In this document: piece after piece, positions 38,091-47,900 of the stretch
How the letters are laid out: each line of letters opens with the position of its first letter
Position numbering within the stretch: the first letter of the stretch is position 1
From: Dehalococcoidia bacterium
GTDB taxonomy: Bacteria; Chloroflexota; Dehalococcoidia; UBA2979
DNA: 64,000 bases
Assembly (NCBI GenBank): GCA_964291495.2
Contig: OZ219872.1
Location: 64,001 to 128,000, forward strand
Direction of reading: 5' to 3'
Position numbers and translations under genes: made by a program
Notes under the pieces: generated by a model
What the model saw: the letters and a program-made list of their open reading frames with translations, nothing else
What the model was told of the DNA's origin: nothing
Databases searched by the model: none

Positions 38091-39071
38091 CTACGGCTCC
38101 GGCAGGAACTCGTTCGTGAACGCCGCGCCCACGTCGACCGGCGCGTCGATCAGCCCGGCCTCGCGCAGGAACGCCTCGAAGCGCTGCCAGGTGGCGTGCT
38201 CCTGCTCGCCCCAGACGCGGCCCTGCGCCCTGTAGCGCGTCGAGTGGTACACCGCGCTCGCCCGCACCAGCGCCTCGTCCAGCTCCGGCGCGGCCTCGAG
38301 CAGCAGCGTCGCCGCCTCGTCCGGGTTCGCGATCGCGTGCTCGTAGCCGCGCGTCGTCGCCTTCAGGAAGTCGCGCACGAGGTCCGGGTCGTCCTCGATC
38401 AGCTGGCGGCTGGTGATCAGGATCGGCGTGTACCAGTCCGGGATGCAGTCGGTGTGCTCGATGAACAGGATGTTGCCCAGCGCGCGGCCCTCGAGCTGGC
38501 TGGCGCGCAGCGCGTCCCAGCCCTCGAACACCCAGACGAAGTCGAAGCGGTCCTGGTCCATCCCGCCGAGGTAGTCGATGTTCCCGACCTCGACGAACTC
38601 GACGAGCGAGGGATCGCCGCCGTCGCACTCGATGAGGGTGTCGATCAGCTGCTTCTCCAGCAGGCCGCCCCAGCCGCCGTAGGTCTTGCCCTCGAGGTCC
38701 TTCGGGCGCGTGATGCCCTCCTCGGCGAGGGCCATCAGGCTGGAGTCGTTGTAGGGCAGCAGCGCCGCGATCGAGACCACGTCCGCGCCGCCGAGGCGTG
38801 CGGGCAGCAGGCTCTCCGCCTGGGAGATCCCGAAGTGCGCCGTGCCGGCGCCGACGACGGCGTCGGCTCCGGCGGGGGCCGGCTCGATGATCGTGAGCTC
38901 AATGCCCTCTTCTTCGTACCAGCCGTTCTGCAGCGCGGTGTAGATCCCGGCGTGGTGGTTGTTCGGCGTCCAGTTCAGCATCAGCGTCACCGGGCGCGCC
39001 TCCTCGTCGCCTCCGCAGGCGGCGAGCAGTAGCGCGGCGAGCGCGCCGACGAGCAGCAGCAGTCGTCTCAT
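38091..39071 (-). CDS. ABC substrate-binding lipoprotein, NMT1/THI5 (ThiY-like)
   Basis: Lipobox LAAC; LMLNWTPNNHHAG, PKDLEGKTYGG, PDWYTP, AFTNEFLP. Confidence 0.9.
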   Translation of the reverse strand: MRRLLLLVGALAALLLAACGGDEEARPVTLMLNWTPNNHHAGIYTALQNGWYEEEGIELTIIEPAPAGADAVVGAGTAHFGISQAESLLPARLGGADVVSIAALLPYNDSSLMALAEEGITRPKDLEGKTYGGWGGLLEKQLIDTLIECDGGDPSLVEFVEVGNIDYLGGMDQDRFDFVWVFEGWDALRASQLEGRALGNILFIEHTDCIPDWYTPILITSRQLIEDDPDLVRDFLKATTRGYEHAIANPDEAATLLLEAAPELDEALVRASAVYHSTRYRAQGRVWGEQEHATWQRFEAFLREAGLIDAPVDVGAAFTNEFLPEP

Positions 39072-39072
39072 C

Positions 39073-39855
39073 TCAATCTCCTTCCGCCGGGGCGCCTGCG
39101 TGACGCCACGGCATCGAATACCTCGCGAGCAGGTGGACGCAGACGAAGAGCGCGATGCTGATCAGGGCGATCAGCACCACCGCCATGAAGATCTGGTCCG
39201 TGCGGAACGCTCGCTGGGAGCGCACGATGAACAGCCCGAGGCCGGAGCTCGCCCCCATCCACTCGGCGATCACCGCGGCGATCACCGCATAGGCGGCCCC
39301 GATCTGCAGCCCCGCGAAGAACGAGGGCACCGCCGAGGGGATCAGCACCAGCCGCAGCACCTTGAGCCGATCGGCGCCCATGCTGCGCACCAGCGCCACC
39401 ATCTCGCGGTCGGCGTTCATCAGCCCGTCGGCGGTGTTCACGGCGATCGGGAAGAAGCCGATCAGCACGACGATCACGACCTTCGGGGTGAGGCCGAAGC
39501 CGAACCAGACCGCGAGCAGCGGCGCGAGCACCAGCACCGGGATGTTCTGGCTGACCACGAGCAGCGGGTAAAGCACGCGCCGCGCCAGCGGCAGGCTGGC
39601 GATCAGCGCCGCCGTCGTCACGCCCAGCAGCGCCGCCAGCGCGAGCCCGAGCAGCGCCTCCGTCAGCGTCGTGCGGATGTGCCCCGGCAGCACCCCTCGC
39701 TGGTCGAGGAAGGCGTCCAGCAGCGAGCCCGGCGGCGGCATCAGGTAGGACGGCGTCCCGGCGACGCGCACCCAGACGTCCCAGACGACGATCAGCGCGG
39801 CGAGGAACAGCGCCGCCGGCAGATAGTGCCGCGCCGCGCGCAGCGCCCGCGTCAT
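39073..39855 (-). CDS. ABC permease (ThiX-like)
   Basis: SQNIPVLVLAPLLAVWFGFG, FFPIAVN, AEWMGASSGLG. Confidence 0.9.
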   Translation of the reverse strand: MTRALRAARHYLPAALFLAALIVVWDVWVRVAGTPSYLMPPPGSLLDAFLDQRGVLPGHIRTTLTEALLGLALAALLGVTTAALIASLPLARRVLYPLLVVSQNIPVLVLAPLLAVWFGFGLTPKVVIVVLIGFFPIAVNTADGLMNADREMVALVRSMGADRLKVLRLVLIPSAVPSFFAGLQIGAAYAVIAAVIAEWMGASSGLGLFIVRSQRAFRTDQIFMAVVLIALISIALFVCVHLLARYSMPWRHAGAPAEGD

Positions 39856-40163
39856 GAGGCGGGATCGCCGTTGCGGAACGGGGCCGTCAGCCCCTCCATC
39901 CACGGCGTGCCGTCGTCCACGGCCCGTTGGCCGACCTTGATCACCGAGACCACGCTGTCCGCCCCGGATTCGAGGCAGGCCTCGTGGACCCGGCGCAGCA
40001 GCGGCCACAGTTCGTCGGGGTCGCCCTCGACGGTCGAGCCGAGCGCGCCGACCTCGTACCTGAGGCCGGACTGCTGGATGACGGCGATCGCCCGCTCGAC
40101 GTGCTCGAACTCGATCTCCGCCGTGCCCGGCGGCGTCGGCAGGCACTCGATTTCCACGATCAC
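39852..40163 (-). CDS. thiamine-binding protein (MTH1187/YkoF family)
   Basis: VERAIAVIQQSGLRYEVGALGSTVEG; first gene after the TPP riboswitch. Confidence 0.85.
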   Translation of the reverse strand: MIVEIECLPTPPGTAEIEFEHVERAIAVIQQSGLRYEVGALGSTVEGDPDELWPLLRRVHEACLESGADSVVSVIKVGQRAVDDGTPWMEGLTAPFRNGDPAS

Positions 40164-40281
40164 GCGGCGCCTCCTCCCTCGCAGCGTGCGAGGAATGCGC
40201 CGCGCGACTCGGAGCGCGAGTGGGCAGGTGGCCGGGAAACGCTAGCGGGCGGCCCCCGTCGGGCCGGTCGGCTTCGTCATC

Positions 40282-40366
40282 ACCGCGTTCCCTACGCTCG
40301 CATTACCGAGATCAGGTTCTGGGGTTGTCCTCGGACGGATCTCAGCCTTGCGGCTCCCCCAGCGGC
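40282..40366 (-). promoter_or_regulatory. TPP riboswitch
   Basis: Minus strand: GGGGAGCC..GGCTGAGA...CCCCAGAACCTGATCTCGGTAATGCGAGCGTAGGGAA, upstream of thiamine-related genes. Confidence 0.96.
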
Positions 40367-40529
40367 GCTCCACGCACGCCCGGCGCTCCGGCCGGGCCTT
40401 GCGATCGCTTCGAGGCTACGGAGGCACGAGCGTCGCTGTCAACGCGCTATCGCTACCCGGACGATCACCAGCGCCGGGCGGTCACCAATCGGAAGTCCGG
40501 CCACCGACGCGACACCCACGACGGGAGGC

Positions 40530-41012
40530 TCACCACGAATCGCGTGCCACCTCGAGGATTTGGTCGAACAACTCCGCAAGCCCCTCCGCATCCGAAGCCA
40601 CCCCACGCCCGCACTCTTCCCCGGCCTCGAGCACGCTCAGGCATAGCCACGAGCGTCCGTCCGAGGTGACGAGCACGAGGCCCGCCTGCTCGCTCTGCGG
40701 TCCCCCCTCCGAGTGCATCGTCAACTCCAATCCCTCGGGAACGAAGAAGTACAGGAGCCGCCCCTCCAGCACCTGGGACGTATAGCGGTAGTGGCCGGGC
40801 GCCAGCACGGAGCCGAGCGCGACGGGGGTCGCCTCCGGGTAGGTGTTGATCACGATGCCCGTGGGGCGCGGCTTCGGCTTCACGAGCGGCATCGGCGGAG
40901 GGCGATCGCCACCTGTCGTGACGGCCGCCCACACCCCGATCCCGACGCCAACGATGGCAACGAGTGCGATCGTCAGGCCTGCCAACCACCGTGCCCGCCA
41001 GCGAACGCGCAT
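40530..41012 (-). CDS. hypothetical membrane-anchored/secreted protein
   Basis: AGGAGAGG RBS; basic N-terminus, TM helix, Pro-rich linker, then a small domain with two Cys. Confidence 0.65.
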   Translation of the reverse strand: MRVRWRARWLAGLTIALVAIVGVGIGVWAAVTTGGDRPPPMPLVKPKPRPTGIVINTYPEATPVALGSVLAPGHYRYTSQVLEGRLLYFFVPEGLELTMHSEGGPQSEQAGLVLVTSDGRSWLCLSVLEAGEECGRGVASDAEGLAELFDQILEVARDSW

Positions 41013-41180
41013 CGCGGCCTCTCCTTCGCGCTCCAGAGCGGCTGATCGGAGTCACGAGGTCAGGCGTGCGCCGCGGGAATCGCACCTGCCCGACGCCTGG
41101 ACGCGCCTCGTGCAGCGGCCCGCGTAGACAATACGCTCGCACTATCACATTGGATTCTGTCGAAGCGCTCAGCGCGTGCG

Positions 41181-42515
41181 TCAACGCGCGGCAGCGTCGT
41201 CCATCGCCAGCCGCGCGACCTCGATGCCCATGCGCATCGTGTAGTTCTGGCCGCGGTCCTCCGGGTAGATCTGCGTGTTGTTCGCCAGGTAGAGGCCCTC
41301 GATGCCGGTGCGGTGCGGCGGGATCACCTCGTGGTAGCGCCAGTGCACGATCGGCTGGCCGGCGCGGTCCTTGAACAGCCACTTGTCGTTGATCCAGCTC
41401 CGATCGAACGCCGGGTTGATGCGCCGGATATACGGCTCGTAGCGATCGAGCACCTGCTCCACGTCCTCCTCGACCACCGGGTCGCCGGGATCGGCGTAGT
41501 TCGAGAAGTAGACGATGTGCTGCCCGCCGTACTCCGAGGGGTCGCGGAAGTTGGTCTGCTCGACCGCGACCACGAAGGGGCAGTCGTCGTCGGTGATCGT
41601 CAGCCAGTAGATCTCGGAAAGCGGGCGGTCCAGCGCCAGCAGCAGCACCGTCGCCCACTGGTACTCGACCTGCCCGAGCAAGTCCACGTAGTCCTGCGGC
41701 AGATCGGGCGCGATGCGCGGCAGCACGCCCGAGTGCACGGTCGCGATCACCGTGTCGGCCTCGAGGAGCTTCGGCTCCCCGCCCTCCTCGGCGGGGGCGA
41801 GCTCGACACCGGAGACGCGGCCGTCCGTGCTGACGATGCGCTGCACGGGCCGGCCGGCGTGGACGGCGCCGCCGCGCGCGCGGATCGCCCCGGCGAGGGC
41901 GTCGACCATGCGGCCGAAGGAGCCGCGCAGGTAGCCGAGCTGCTCCTTCGCGAGCGGCCCGCCCTGCCGCGAGGCGAAGCGCAGGTAGATCTTGCCCCAG
42001 AACCAGACCATCGCGACCTCGGGCGCGTGCCGCCCGAACTTGGCGCGCAGCAGCGGGCCCCAGACCCGCTCGTAGCCCTCCTCGCCAACCTTCGAGGTGA
42101 TCCAGTCCCTGGCCTTCAGGCCCTCGTAGCGCTTCCAGTCGGAGACGCGGCGCAGCCACAGCGCGGTCAGGCCGAGGCGCAGCCGCGTCAGCAGCGAGAC
42201 GCGGTCGAAGCGCAGCAGGTCGCCCGCGCTGGTGAAGGGGTAGACGCGCTCGTCGCCGAACATCCCCACGCGCGAGTCGACCCACTCGAGGTCCGCGCCC
42301 AGCCCCAGCTCCTCGATGATCTCGGCGATCACGGTGTCGGAGCGGAAGAGGTGGTGGTAGAAGGACTCGATCCGGCCGCCGCCGATCTCGAAGGTGCGGA
42401 CCTGGCCGCCGAGCACCGGGCCGGCCTCGACGAGCGTGACCTCGTGCCCCGCCTTCGCCAGCTCCCAGGCCGCGGCGAGTCCCCCCACGCCGCCGCCCAC
42501 GACGACGGCGCGCAC
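41181..42515 (-). CDS. FAD-dependent oxidoreductase (protoporphyrinogen/amine oxidase-like)
   Basis: VVGGGVGGLAAA, EAGPVLGGQ, FYHHLF, LGYLRGSF, IYPEDRGQN. Confidence 0.88.
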   Translation of the reverse strand: MRAVVVGGGVGGLAAAWELAKAGHEVTLVEAGPVLGGQVRTFEIGGGRIESFYHHLFRSDTVIAEIIEELGLGADLEWVDSRVGMFGDERVYPFTSAGDLLRFDRVSLLTRLRLGLTALWLRRVSDWKRYEGLKARDWITSKVGEEGYERVWGPLLRAKFGRHAPEVAMVWFWGKIYLRFASRQGGPLAKEQLGYLRGSFGRMVDALAGAIRARGGAVHAGRPVQRIVSTDGRVSGVELAPAEEGGEPKLLEADTVIATVHSGVLPRIAPDLPQDYVDLLGQVEYQWATVLLLALDRPLSEIYWLTITDDDCPFVVAVEQTNFRDPSEYGGQHIVYFSNYADPGDPVVEEDVEQVLDRYEPYIRRINPAFDRSWINDKWLFKDRAGQPIVHWRYHEVIPPHRTGIEGLYLANNTQIYPEDRGQNYTMRMGIEVARLAMDDAAAR

Positions 42516-43528
42516 TAGCCGCTCCCCCGCAGCGTCGAGGCGGCCGGGGCGTCCTCGGATGGCGTGCGCAGCAGGCTGCGTACGGCGATGTGGCGCTGCC
42601 AGAGCAGCAGCAGTCCGAGGGCGGCGACCGGGATCAGCAGCACGGCGTGCAGCGCGATCGCGTAGGCGGTGCCGGCCGCGGCGGTCGCGCCGAAGACGAC
42701 GGCCACCTCGCGGGCGAAGAACTCGAACGGACCGATGCCGCCCGAGGTGCTCGGCGCGGCGATCGCGAGATTGGCGGCGCCGCAGACGCCGAGGTAGAGC
42801 AGCGGGTCGAGCTCGAGGCCGAGCCCGATCCCGACAAGCCAGTACATCGCCGCCTCGATCGCCCAGGAGGCGGCCGTCACGACGAAGATCGCGATCCAGG
42901 CGCCCATCCCGCGGATCGTCGTCAGCCCCTCGACGAAGCGGTCGAGCCGCGGGGCAATGAAGTGCTGGAGCCGGACCGGGAGCGGCCTCACCAGCCGCTG
43001 CGCCAGCCCGGGGTTGTCGGCCAGGCGCGGCCCGATGATCAGCAGCGCAAGGGCGATTGCGACGAACGCGGCGCCGGTGACCGCGGCGAGCAGCTGCAGC
43101 ACGCCGCTGCCGCCCGCGAGGGCGATCGTACCGGCGAGGAAGAGGGCAAGCACCAGGCCGTCGAAGACGCGCTCGACGAGGATCGTGCCGAGCGCGGCGA
43201 CGCGGTCCGCGCCATGGCGCTCGTGCAGCAGCTGCGCGCGCACCAGCTCGCCGGCGCGCACGGGCAGTACGTTGTTCGCCGCGTAGCCGATTACCACCAG
43301 CGCCGTCGCGTCGCCGGTGCCGATCGGCGTCGCGCCACGCAGCACCAGCTTCCAGCGCAGCCCGCGCAGCCAGAGCGCGCCGAGGTAGATCGCGAAGGCA
43401 GCGACGAGCCAGCCCGGCGCGGCCGCGGTGAAGGCGTCACGCAGCTCCGGCCCGTTGACCTGGCGCAGCAGCAGCACGATGAAGACCGCGCTGACGGCGA
43501 GACCGATCAGCGAGCGTCGCCACTTCAC
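42515..43528 (-). CDS. lysylphosphatidylglycerol-synthase TM / flippase-like protein (UPF0104)
   Basis: RGLRW, GYAANNVLPVRAGELVRA, VERVFD, APSTSGGIGPFE. Confidence 0.88.
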   Translation of the reverse strand: MKWRRSLIGLAVSAVFIVLLLRQVNGPELRDAFTAAAPGWLVAAFAIYLGALWLRGLRWKLVLRGATPIGTGDATALVVIGYAANNVLPVRAGELVRAQLLHERHGADRVAALGTILVERVFDGLVLALFLAGTIALAGGSGVLQLLAAVTGAAFVAIALALLIIGPRLADNPGLAQRLVRPLPVRLQHFIAPRLDRFVEGLTTIRGMGAWIAIFVVTAASWAIEAAMYWLVGIGLGLELDPLLYLGVCGAANLAIAAPSTSGGIGPFEFFAREVAVVFGATAAAGTAYAIALHAVLLIPVAALGLLLLWQRHIAVRSLLRTPSEDAPAASTLRGSG

Positions 43529-43644
43529 GTCCCGCTCCCTCGCGAGGCCGCAGCGGGCCCCGTTGCCGCGAATCGTCCTGCTCTCGGTGCGCCTCTATGT
43601 TCGGCCATCAAGCAGTCGCGCGCGACGCCGGGAGCGCTGCGCGG

Positions 43645-45591
43645 TCAGCGCTTCGGGAACCAGATGTGGCCGCGCAGCGCGCCGAGCGAGTCCTCCTCGG
43701 TGCGCGAGGCGACGAAGCTCACCCAGTCGACGAGCAGCTCGCCGCTGGCGAGCTTGCCGAGGACGCCGCGTGGCGTGGCCGCGCGGTAGCCCTCCTCGCG
43801 GAACCACCAGCGGTGGACGTAGGGGCGGGGCGCCTCGAACTGGTGGCGCAGCAGCCAGCCCGGCCCCAGGGTGCTGCTCGCGCTGATCAGCACCGCGCCC
43901 TCGCCGGGCCCGTACTGGCGGATCGCGTCGGGCCCGAGGTAGCCGACGTTGGGGACGTCGCGCAGGTACCAGGCCCAGGGCCAGGTCAGCGAGGCCGTGG
44001 TGTCGACGACCACGGGCGTGGGCGTCGGCTGCGCCCGCACGTACTCCGCTATCTCCCGCGCCAGTACCGGCACCTGCGGCGAGGTCTGGGTGTAGATCAG
44101 CGGCTCGACGGGCGTGTCCGGGTGGCGGTAGGAGACCCCGAACGCCGTCCACAGCGAGGCGGCGGCGAGGAGCGCGCCGAGCGCGCCCGCTCCCGCCCAG
44201 AGCAGGGCCGGCCGCGCCGACCCGGCCGGCGCGGTGAAGTCCTCGCGCAGGCCGCGCAGCGAGCGCCACGCCCGCGGCAGCACGAGGCCGAGCGCGTGCC
44301 CGGCGATCAGCGCGAGCGGCAGCGCGAAGTGCACGTTCAGCCACGGCATCTTCTCGCCGGCGAAGGAGAGCAGGACGAAGATCGCGACGAACCACCAGGC
44401 GAGCAACCGCATCAGCGAGTCGCCGCGCCAGAGCAGCCAGGCGCCACCGATCAGCGCCGGGAGCAGCGAGAGGAACTCGTAGGTGGGGAGCATCATCAGG
44501 TAGTAGTGGAGCGGCTGCTTGCCGCGCTGCACGTCCTGCTGGTCGAGCCAGTAGTCGAGCTGCCCCCAGAACGCGGAGACAAAACCGTCCTGGTTCGTGA
44601 AGCCGGTGGTGAACAGCGGGATCGTGATCAGCCAGGCGAGCGCCGCGATCGGCAGCCAGGTGCCGGGACGCCAGAGCACGCCGATGATCGTGCTGATCGC
44701 GAGCAGCTCGAGGATCAGGACCGTCTCGATGTGCTCGAACGTCGCAGTTTCGATGCCGGGGAAGGGGATGCGCAGCGCGGCGCCGAGGAACGGCGCGGTC
44801 ATCGTACCGACCACGACCATCAGGTCGCCCTCGCGGGGCAGGGTTTCGAGGCCGAGGCGGCGGCGCAGCGGGGCGAGCGGCGCCCACAGCGCGGCGATCA
44901 CCCAGGCGAAGGGGAAGAGCACGATCCACGAGGCGATCGCGGAGCCGTGCCGGTACTTCCCGTCCTCCCCGCCCAGTTGCTGCAGCAGGCTGCTGGTGAG
45001 CGTGGCGTTGATGTAGAGCAGCGCCAGCCCGCAGAACAGGTAGGCCGTCTCCTTCGTCGCGAACGAGAGCGCGATCGCCGCCGCCGCGAGCACCAGCCAG
45101 CGCTCCCGCCCGTCGTGGCGGTAGCGCCAGATCGCGGCGATCAGGAACAGCATCCAGAGCGCCGCCGGGATGTCGTTGCGCGAGAAGCGCGAGTAGTAGA
45201 GCAGCACCGGCGAGAACGCGATCAGCAGCCCCGCCACGATCACGCCCGTGTTGCCCAGCCAGCGGCGCAGCAGCAGCGGCGCCAGCACCAGGGCCGCGCC
45301 CGCGAGGGCCATCGGCAGCCGCGAGGCCACCTCGTTGTCCCCGAAGACCACGAACGAGCCGGCCACCGTGTGGAAGAGCAGCGGCCCGTGCATCAGCGGG
45401 TTGTGGACGTAGCCGCGCCCCTCGGCGAGGTCCCAGGCGTACTTGGCGTGCAGCGACTCGTCGTGGTGCATCGCCCGCGCGTCGAGGTCGACCACGCGCA
45501 GCAGGAGGGCGACGGCGGCGATGCCGAGCAGCACCAGCAGCGTGCGGTCCGCCCGGAGCTGTCCGAGGCGCGCGAGCAACCCGGCGCTCAT
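43645..45591 (-). CDS. TIGR03663 family GT-C-like membrane protein (PMT_2/Agl23-like)
   Basis: MHHDESLHA, Y.HNPLMHGPLLFH, SPVLLYYSRFSRND, FATKE, YWL.QQ.V.RG.QP..YY, GEKMPWL, WPWAWYLR. Confidence 0.85.
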   Translation of the reverse strand: MSAGLLARLGQLRADRTLLVLLGIAAVALLLRVVDLDARAMHHDESLHAKYAWDLAEGRGYVHNPLMHGPLLFHTVAGSFVVFGDNEVASRLPMALAGAALVLAPLLLRRWLGNTGVIVAGLLIAFSPVLLYYSRFSRNDIPAALWMLFLIAAIWRYRHDGRERWLVLAAAAIALSFATKETAYLFCGLALLYINATLTSSLLQQLGGEDGKYRHGSAIASWIVLFPFAWVIAALWAPLAPLRRRLGLETLPREGDLMVVVGTMTAPFLGAALRIPFPGIETATFEHIETVLILELLAISTIIGVLWRPGTWLPIAALAWLITIPLFTTGFTNQDGFVSAFWGQLDYWLDQQDVQRGKQPLHYYLMMLPTYEFLSLLPALIGGAWLLWRGDSLMRLLAWWFVAIFVLLSFAGEKMPWLNVHFALPLALIAGHALGLVLPRAWRSLRGLREDFTAPAGSARPALLWAGAGALGALLAAASLWTAFGVSYRHPDTPVEPLIYTQTSPQVPVLAREIAEYVRAQPTPTPVVVDTTASLTWPWAWYLRDVPNVGYLGPDAIRQYGPGEGAVLISASSTLGPGWLLRHQFEAPRPYVHRWWFREEGYRAATPRGVLGKLASGELLVDWVSFVASRTEEDSLGALRGHIWFPKR

Positions 45592-47888
45592 CGCAACCCC
45601 GTGGAGACAACGACGATCCGCGCGCCGGGCGCCTCGAACACGGTCGGCCAGGCCTCGAAGCGCGTAGCGACGTCCGCCCCGAACTGGCGGCGTTCCTCGC
45701 GACCGAGGTAGACGTGGGTCACGCCATGCGTGCGCGCCAGCAGCAACGACTCGATGCCGGCTCCCTTGCGGTAGATGGTGTCGACCACGTTGAGGCGCTC
45801 CGTCAGGGGTGCGTCGCTGTGCCACTGCAGCTGGTGGCCGGGCCAGCCGATCAGCGTCGGCGTGGCGCTGGCCGCCGAGATCATGTTACCCGGCCCGTAG
45901 CTGCGGCTCGCGGCCTCGAGCAGCACGTGGCGACGGGGATCCAGCTCGCCGCGCACCCACTCGAGCGCCGCGGCCAGCCCCGGATCGCGCCGCTCGATGT
46001 GCGCAAGCGCGTCGATGCCCCTCGCCTGGCCCTCGCGCGCACGGCTGACCGTCGCGGCCGGCGCGTAGAGCAGCGTGCCAACCCAGAGCAGCGCGGCGAG
46101 AAGGGCGAGCGCCGCGAGCGCGCCTCGCGGCGAGGCGAGCCGCCCCCGCAGCGCGGCGAGCGGCGGCCGAGGCGCGGCGTCGTAGGCGAGCGCGAGGCCG
46201 ATCGCCCCGGAGGCCGCGAGCAGGGGCCAGGCGACGTACCAGAACTTGAAGACGGTGTTCATGCGCGCGTGCCGCAGCGCGTCGGTGACGTGGAACAGCT
46301 CGGTCGCGAGCACGATCGCGCCCGCCGTGGCGGCCAGCGCCAGCCAGGCCGCGTGGTCGCGCCGCCCCTCGGCGTAGCGGCTTGCCGAGGCGGCCGCGGC
46401 CACGCCGGTCGCGAGCACGAGGCCGCCGAGCGTCAGCCAGCCGGCGCCGCGCGCAGCGAACGCGTCGCCCTCCCCGGCCGCCCACACGACCCAAAGCGCG
46501 AGCGGCGTCGCCGCCAGCGCGAGGCCCCTGGCGAGCGCGCGCCTCGAGGCGTGCTGGCGCGTCAGCAGCGCGGCGAGCGCGATCGGCAGCAGCGGGGCGC
46601 CCCAGAACAGCAGCAGCCGCAGCGGGTCACTCGCCGCGTCGGTCACGACGGTGGCTCCGATCGATGACGTGTCGAGCGTCTGCAGCAGCGGCCAGGCGAT
46701 CGCGAGGCCGACGAGCGTCGGCGCGAGGAGATAGCGCGCGGCGCCGAAGAGCGCGCCGTGCAGCGGCCAGCCGACGGCGCGGAAGGCGGCGGCCGCCGCC
46801 GCCAGCCAGATCAGCCCGTAGGCGAGCACGTCCCAGGCGTTGGTCATCGCCAGCCCGGCGAAGAGCGCGCCGGCCAGCAGCAGCGCCCCCGGGCGCGCCG
46901 TCCAGCGCCGCCACGAGAGCGCGAAGCCGCCCTCGAAGGTGTCGAGCGCGACGGCGAGGGCGACGATGCCGAGCGGCAGCGCGAGCACGTGCGCGTGCGG
47001 GTCGCCGAGGATGTAGGAGAAGGCGGGGAACTCGCTGATCGTGCCGGGGACCACGCGCGTCGCCCGCCACCACCACCAGAACTGGTCGGGCACGCCGTGC
47101 GTCGCCTCCACGGGGCCGGGCAGCCCTTTCACGCCGAGGCGGCCCCAGACGCCCTCACCGCCCAGTCCGTTCGCCGCCGCGAGGTCCGCCAGCCCTTCCA
47201 GCGGCGCGATCCAGATCAGCGCCACGACGGCGATGGCGGCGGCGATCCACGGCGTGGCGCGCCGCCTCGGCGCGCCGAGCGCGACCGCGTCGCTCGCGAG
47301 GCCGGCGATCGCCACCGCCGCGAGCGCCGCAGCCGCCGCGAGGCCGAGGTTGAAGCCGAAACGCGGCGCGACCCCAGCCAGCCGCCCGCTGACATCGATC
47401 ATCACGTGCCCGAGGTGGTAGTAGGAGACGTCGTAGCCGGCGAGCCAGGAGTCGGGGGGCGGCAGCTGCGCGGCGTGGTGCACCGCGTTGAGCAGCATCA
47501 GGTCCATCGGCTTCTCGGTGTTGATCGCAGCCGGCGCCTGGGCGCGCACGAACAGCACGACGACGAAGACCACGAGAAACAGCGCCTCGCCGGCGAGCAC
47601 CGTGCGGCGCGCCCGCCAGAGCGTCCGCAGCCGCTCCGGGTCGCGCCAGCCGAGCCAGCCCGACCAGGCGTAGAGCAGGGCGACCGCGGCGATGACGAGG
47701 CCGGTCCCGTAGGGAATCGAGACGAGCGACGAGGCCAGCCAGACGACCTGCGCGACCAGCAGCAGCGCGAGCGGGCGGGCGTACAACACCCCGCGCGAGC
47801 GCAGCCGCCCGAACAGCAGCGTCGCCGGCAGCAGGCCGCTCGCGCCGATCAGCACCAGCGCGAGGTACCACGCGAGTCCCTCGTACAC
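45588..47888 (-). CDS. DUF2298 / TIGR03662 (Chlor_Arch_YYY) membrane protein
   Basis: EKPMD, PP.DSWLAG..VSYYH.G, WW.ATRV, EFPAFSYILGDPHAH, TNAWD, RMNTVFKFWY, GWPGHQLQW. Confidence 0.88.
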   Translation of the reverse strand: MYEGLAWYLALVLIGASGLLPATLLFGRLRSRGVLYARPLALLLVAQVVWLASSLVSIPYGTGLVIAAVALLYAWSGWLGWRDPERLRTLWRARRTVLAGEALFLVVFVVVLFVRAQAPAAINTEKPMDLMLLNAVHHAAQLPPPDSWLAGYDVSYYHLGHVMIDVSGRLAGVAPRFGFNLGLAAAAALAAVAIAGLASDAVALGAPRRRATPWIAAAIAVVALIWIAPLEGLADLAAANGLGGEGVWGRLGVKGLPGPVEATHGVPDQFWWWWRATRVVPGTISEFPAFSYILGDPHAHVLALPLGIVALAVALDTFEGGFALSWRRWTARPGALLLAGALFAGLAMTNAWDVLAYGLIWLAAAAAAFRAVGWPLHGALFGAARYLLAPTLVGLAIAWPLLQTLDTSSIGATVVTDAASDPLRLLLFWGAPLLPIALAALLTRQHASRRALARGLALAATPLALWVVWAAGEGDAFAARGAGWLTLGGLVLATGVAAAASASRYAEGRRDHAAWLALAATAGAIVLATELFHVTDALRHARMNTVFKFWYVAWPLLAASGAIGLALAYDAAPRPPLAALRGRLASPRGALAALALLAALLWVGTLLYAPAATVSRAREGQARGIDALAHIERRDPGLAAALEWVRGELDPRRHVLLEAASRSYGPGNMISAASATPTLIGWPGHQLQWHSDAPLTERLNVVDTIYRKGAGIESLLLARTHGVTHVYLGREERRQFGADVATRFEAWPTVFEAPGARIVVVSTGLR

Positions 47889-47900
47889 GTCGGCGGCCCG

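Noticed and set aside
41181-42515. hemY/hemG
   Set aside because: The fold is similar, but the context is envelope glycosylation with no heme genes, so no symbol was assigned.
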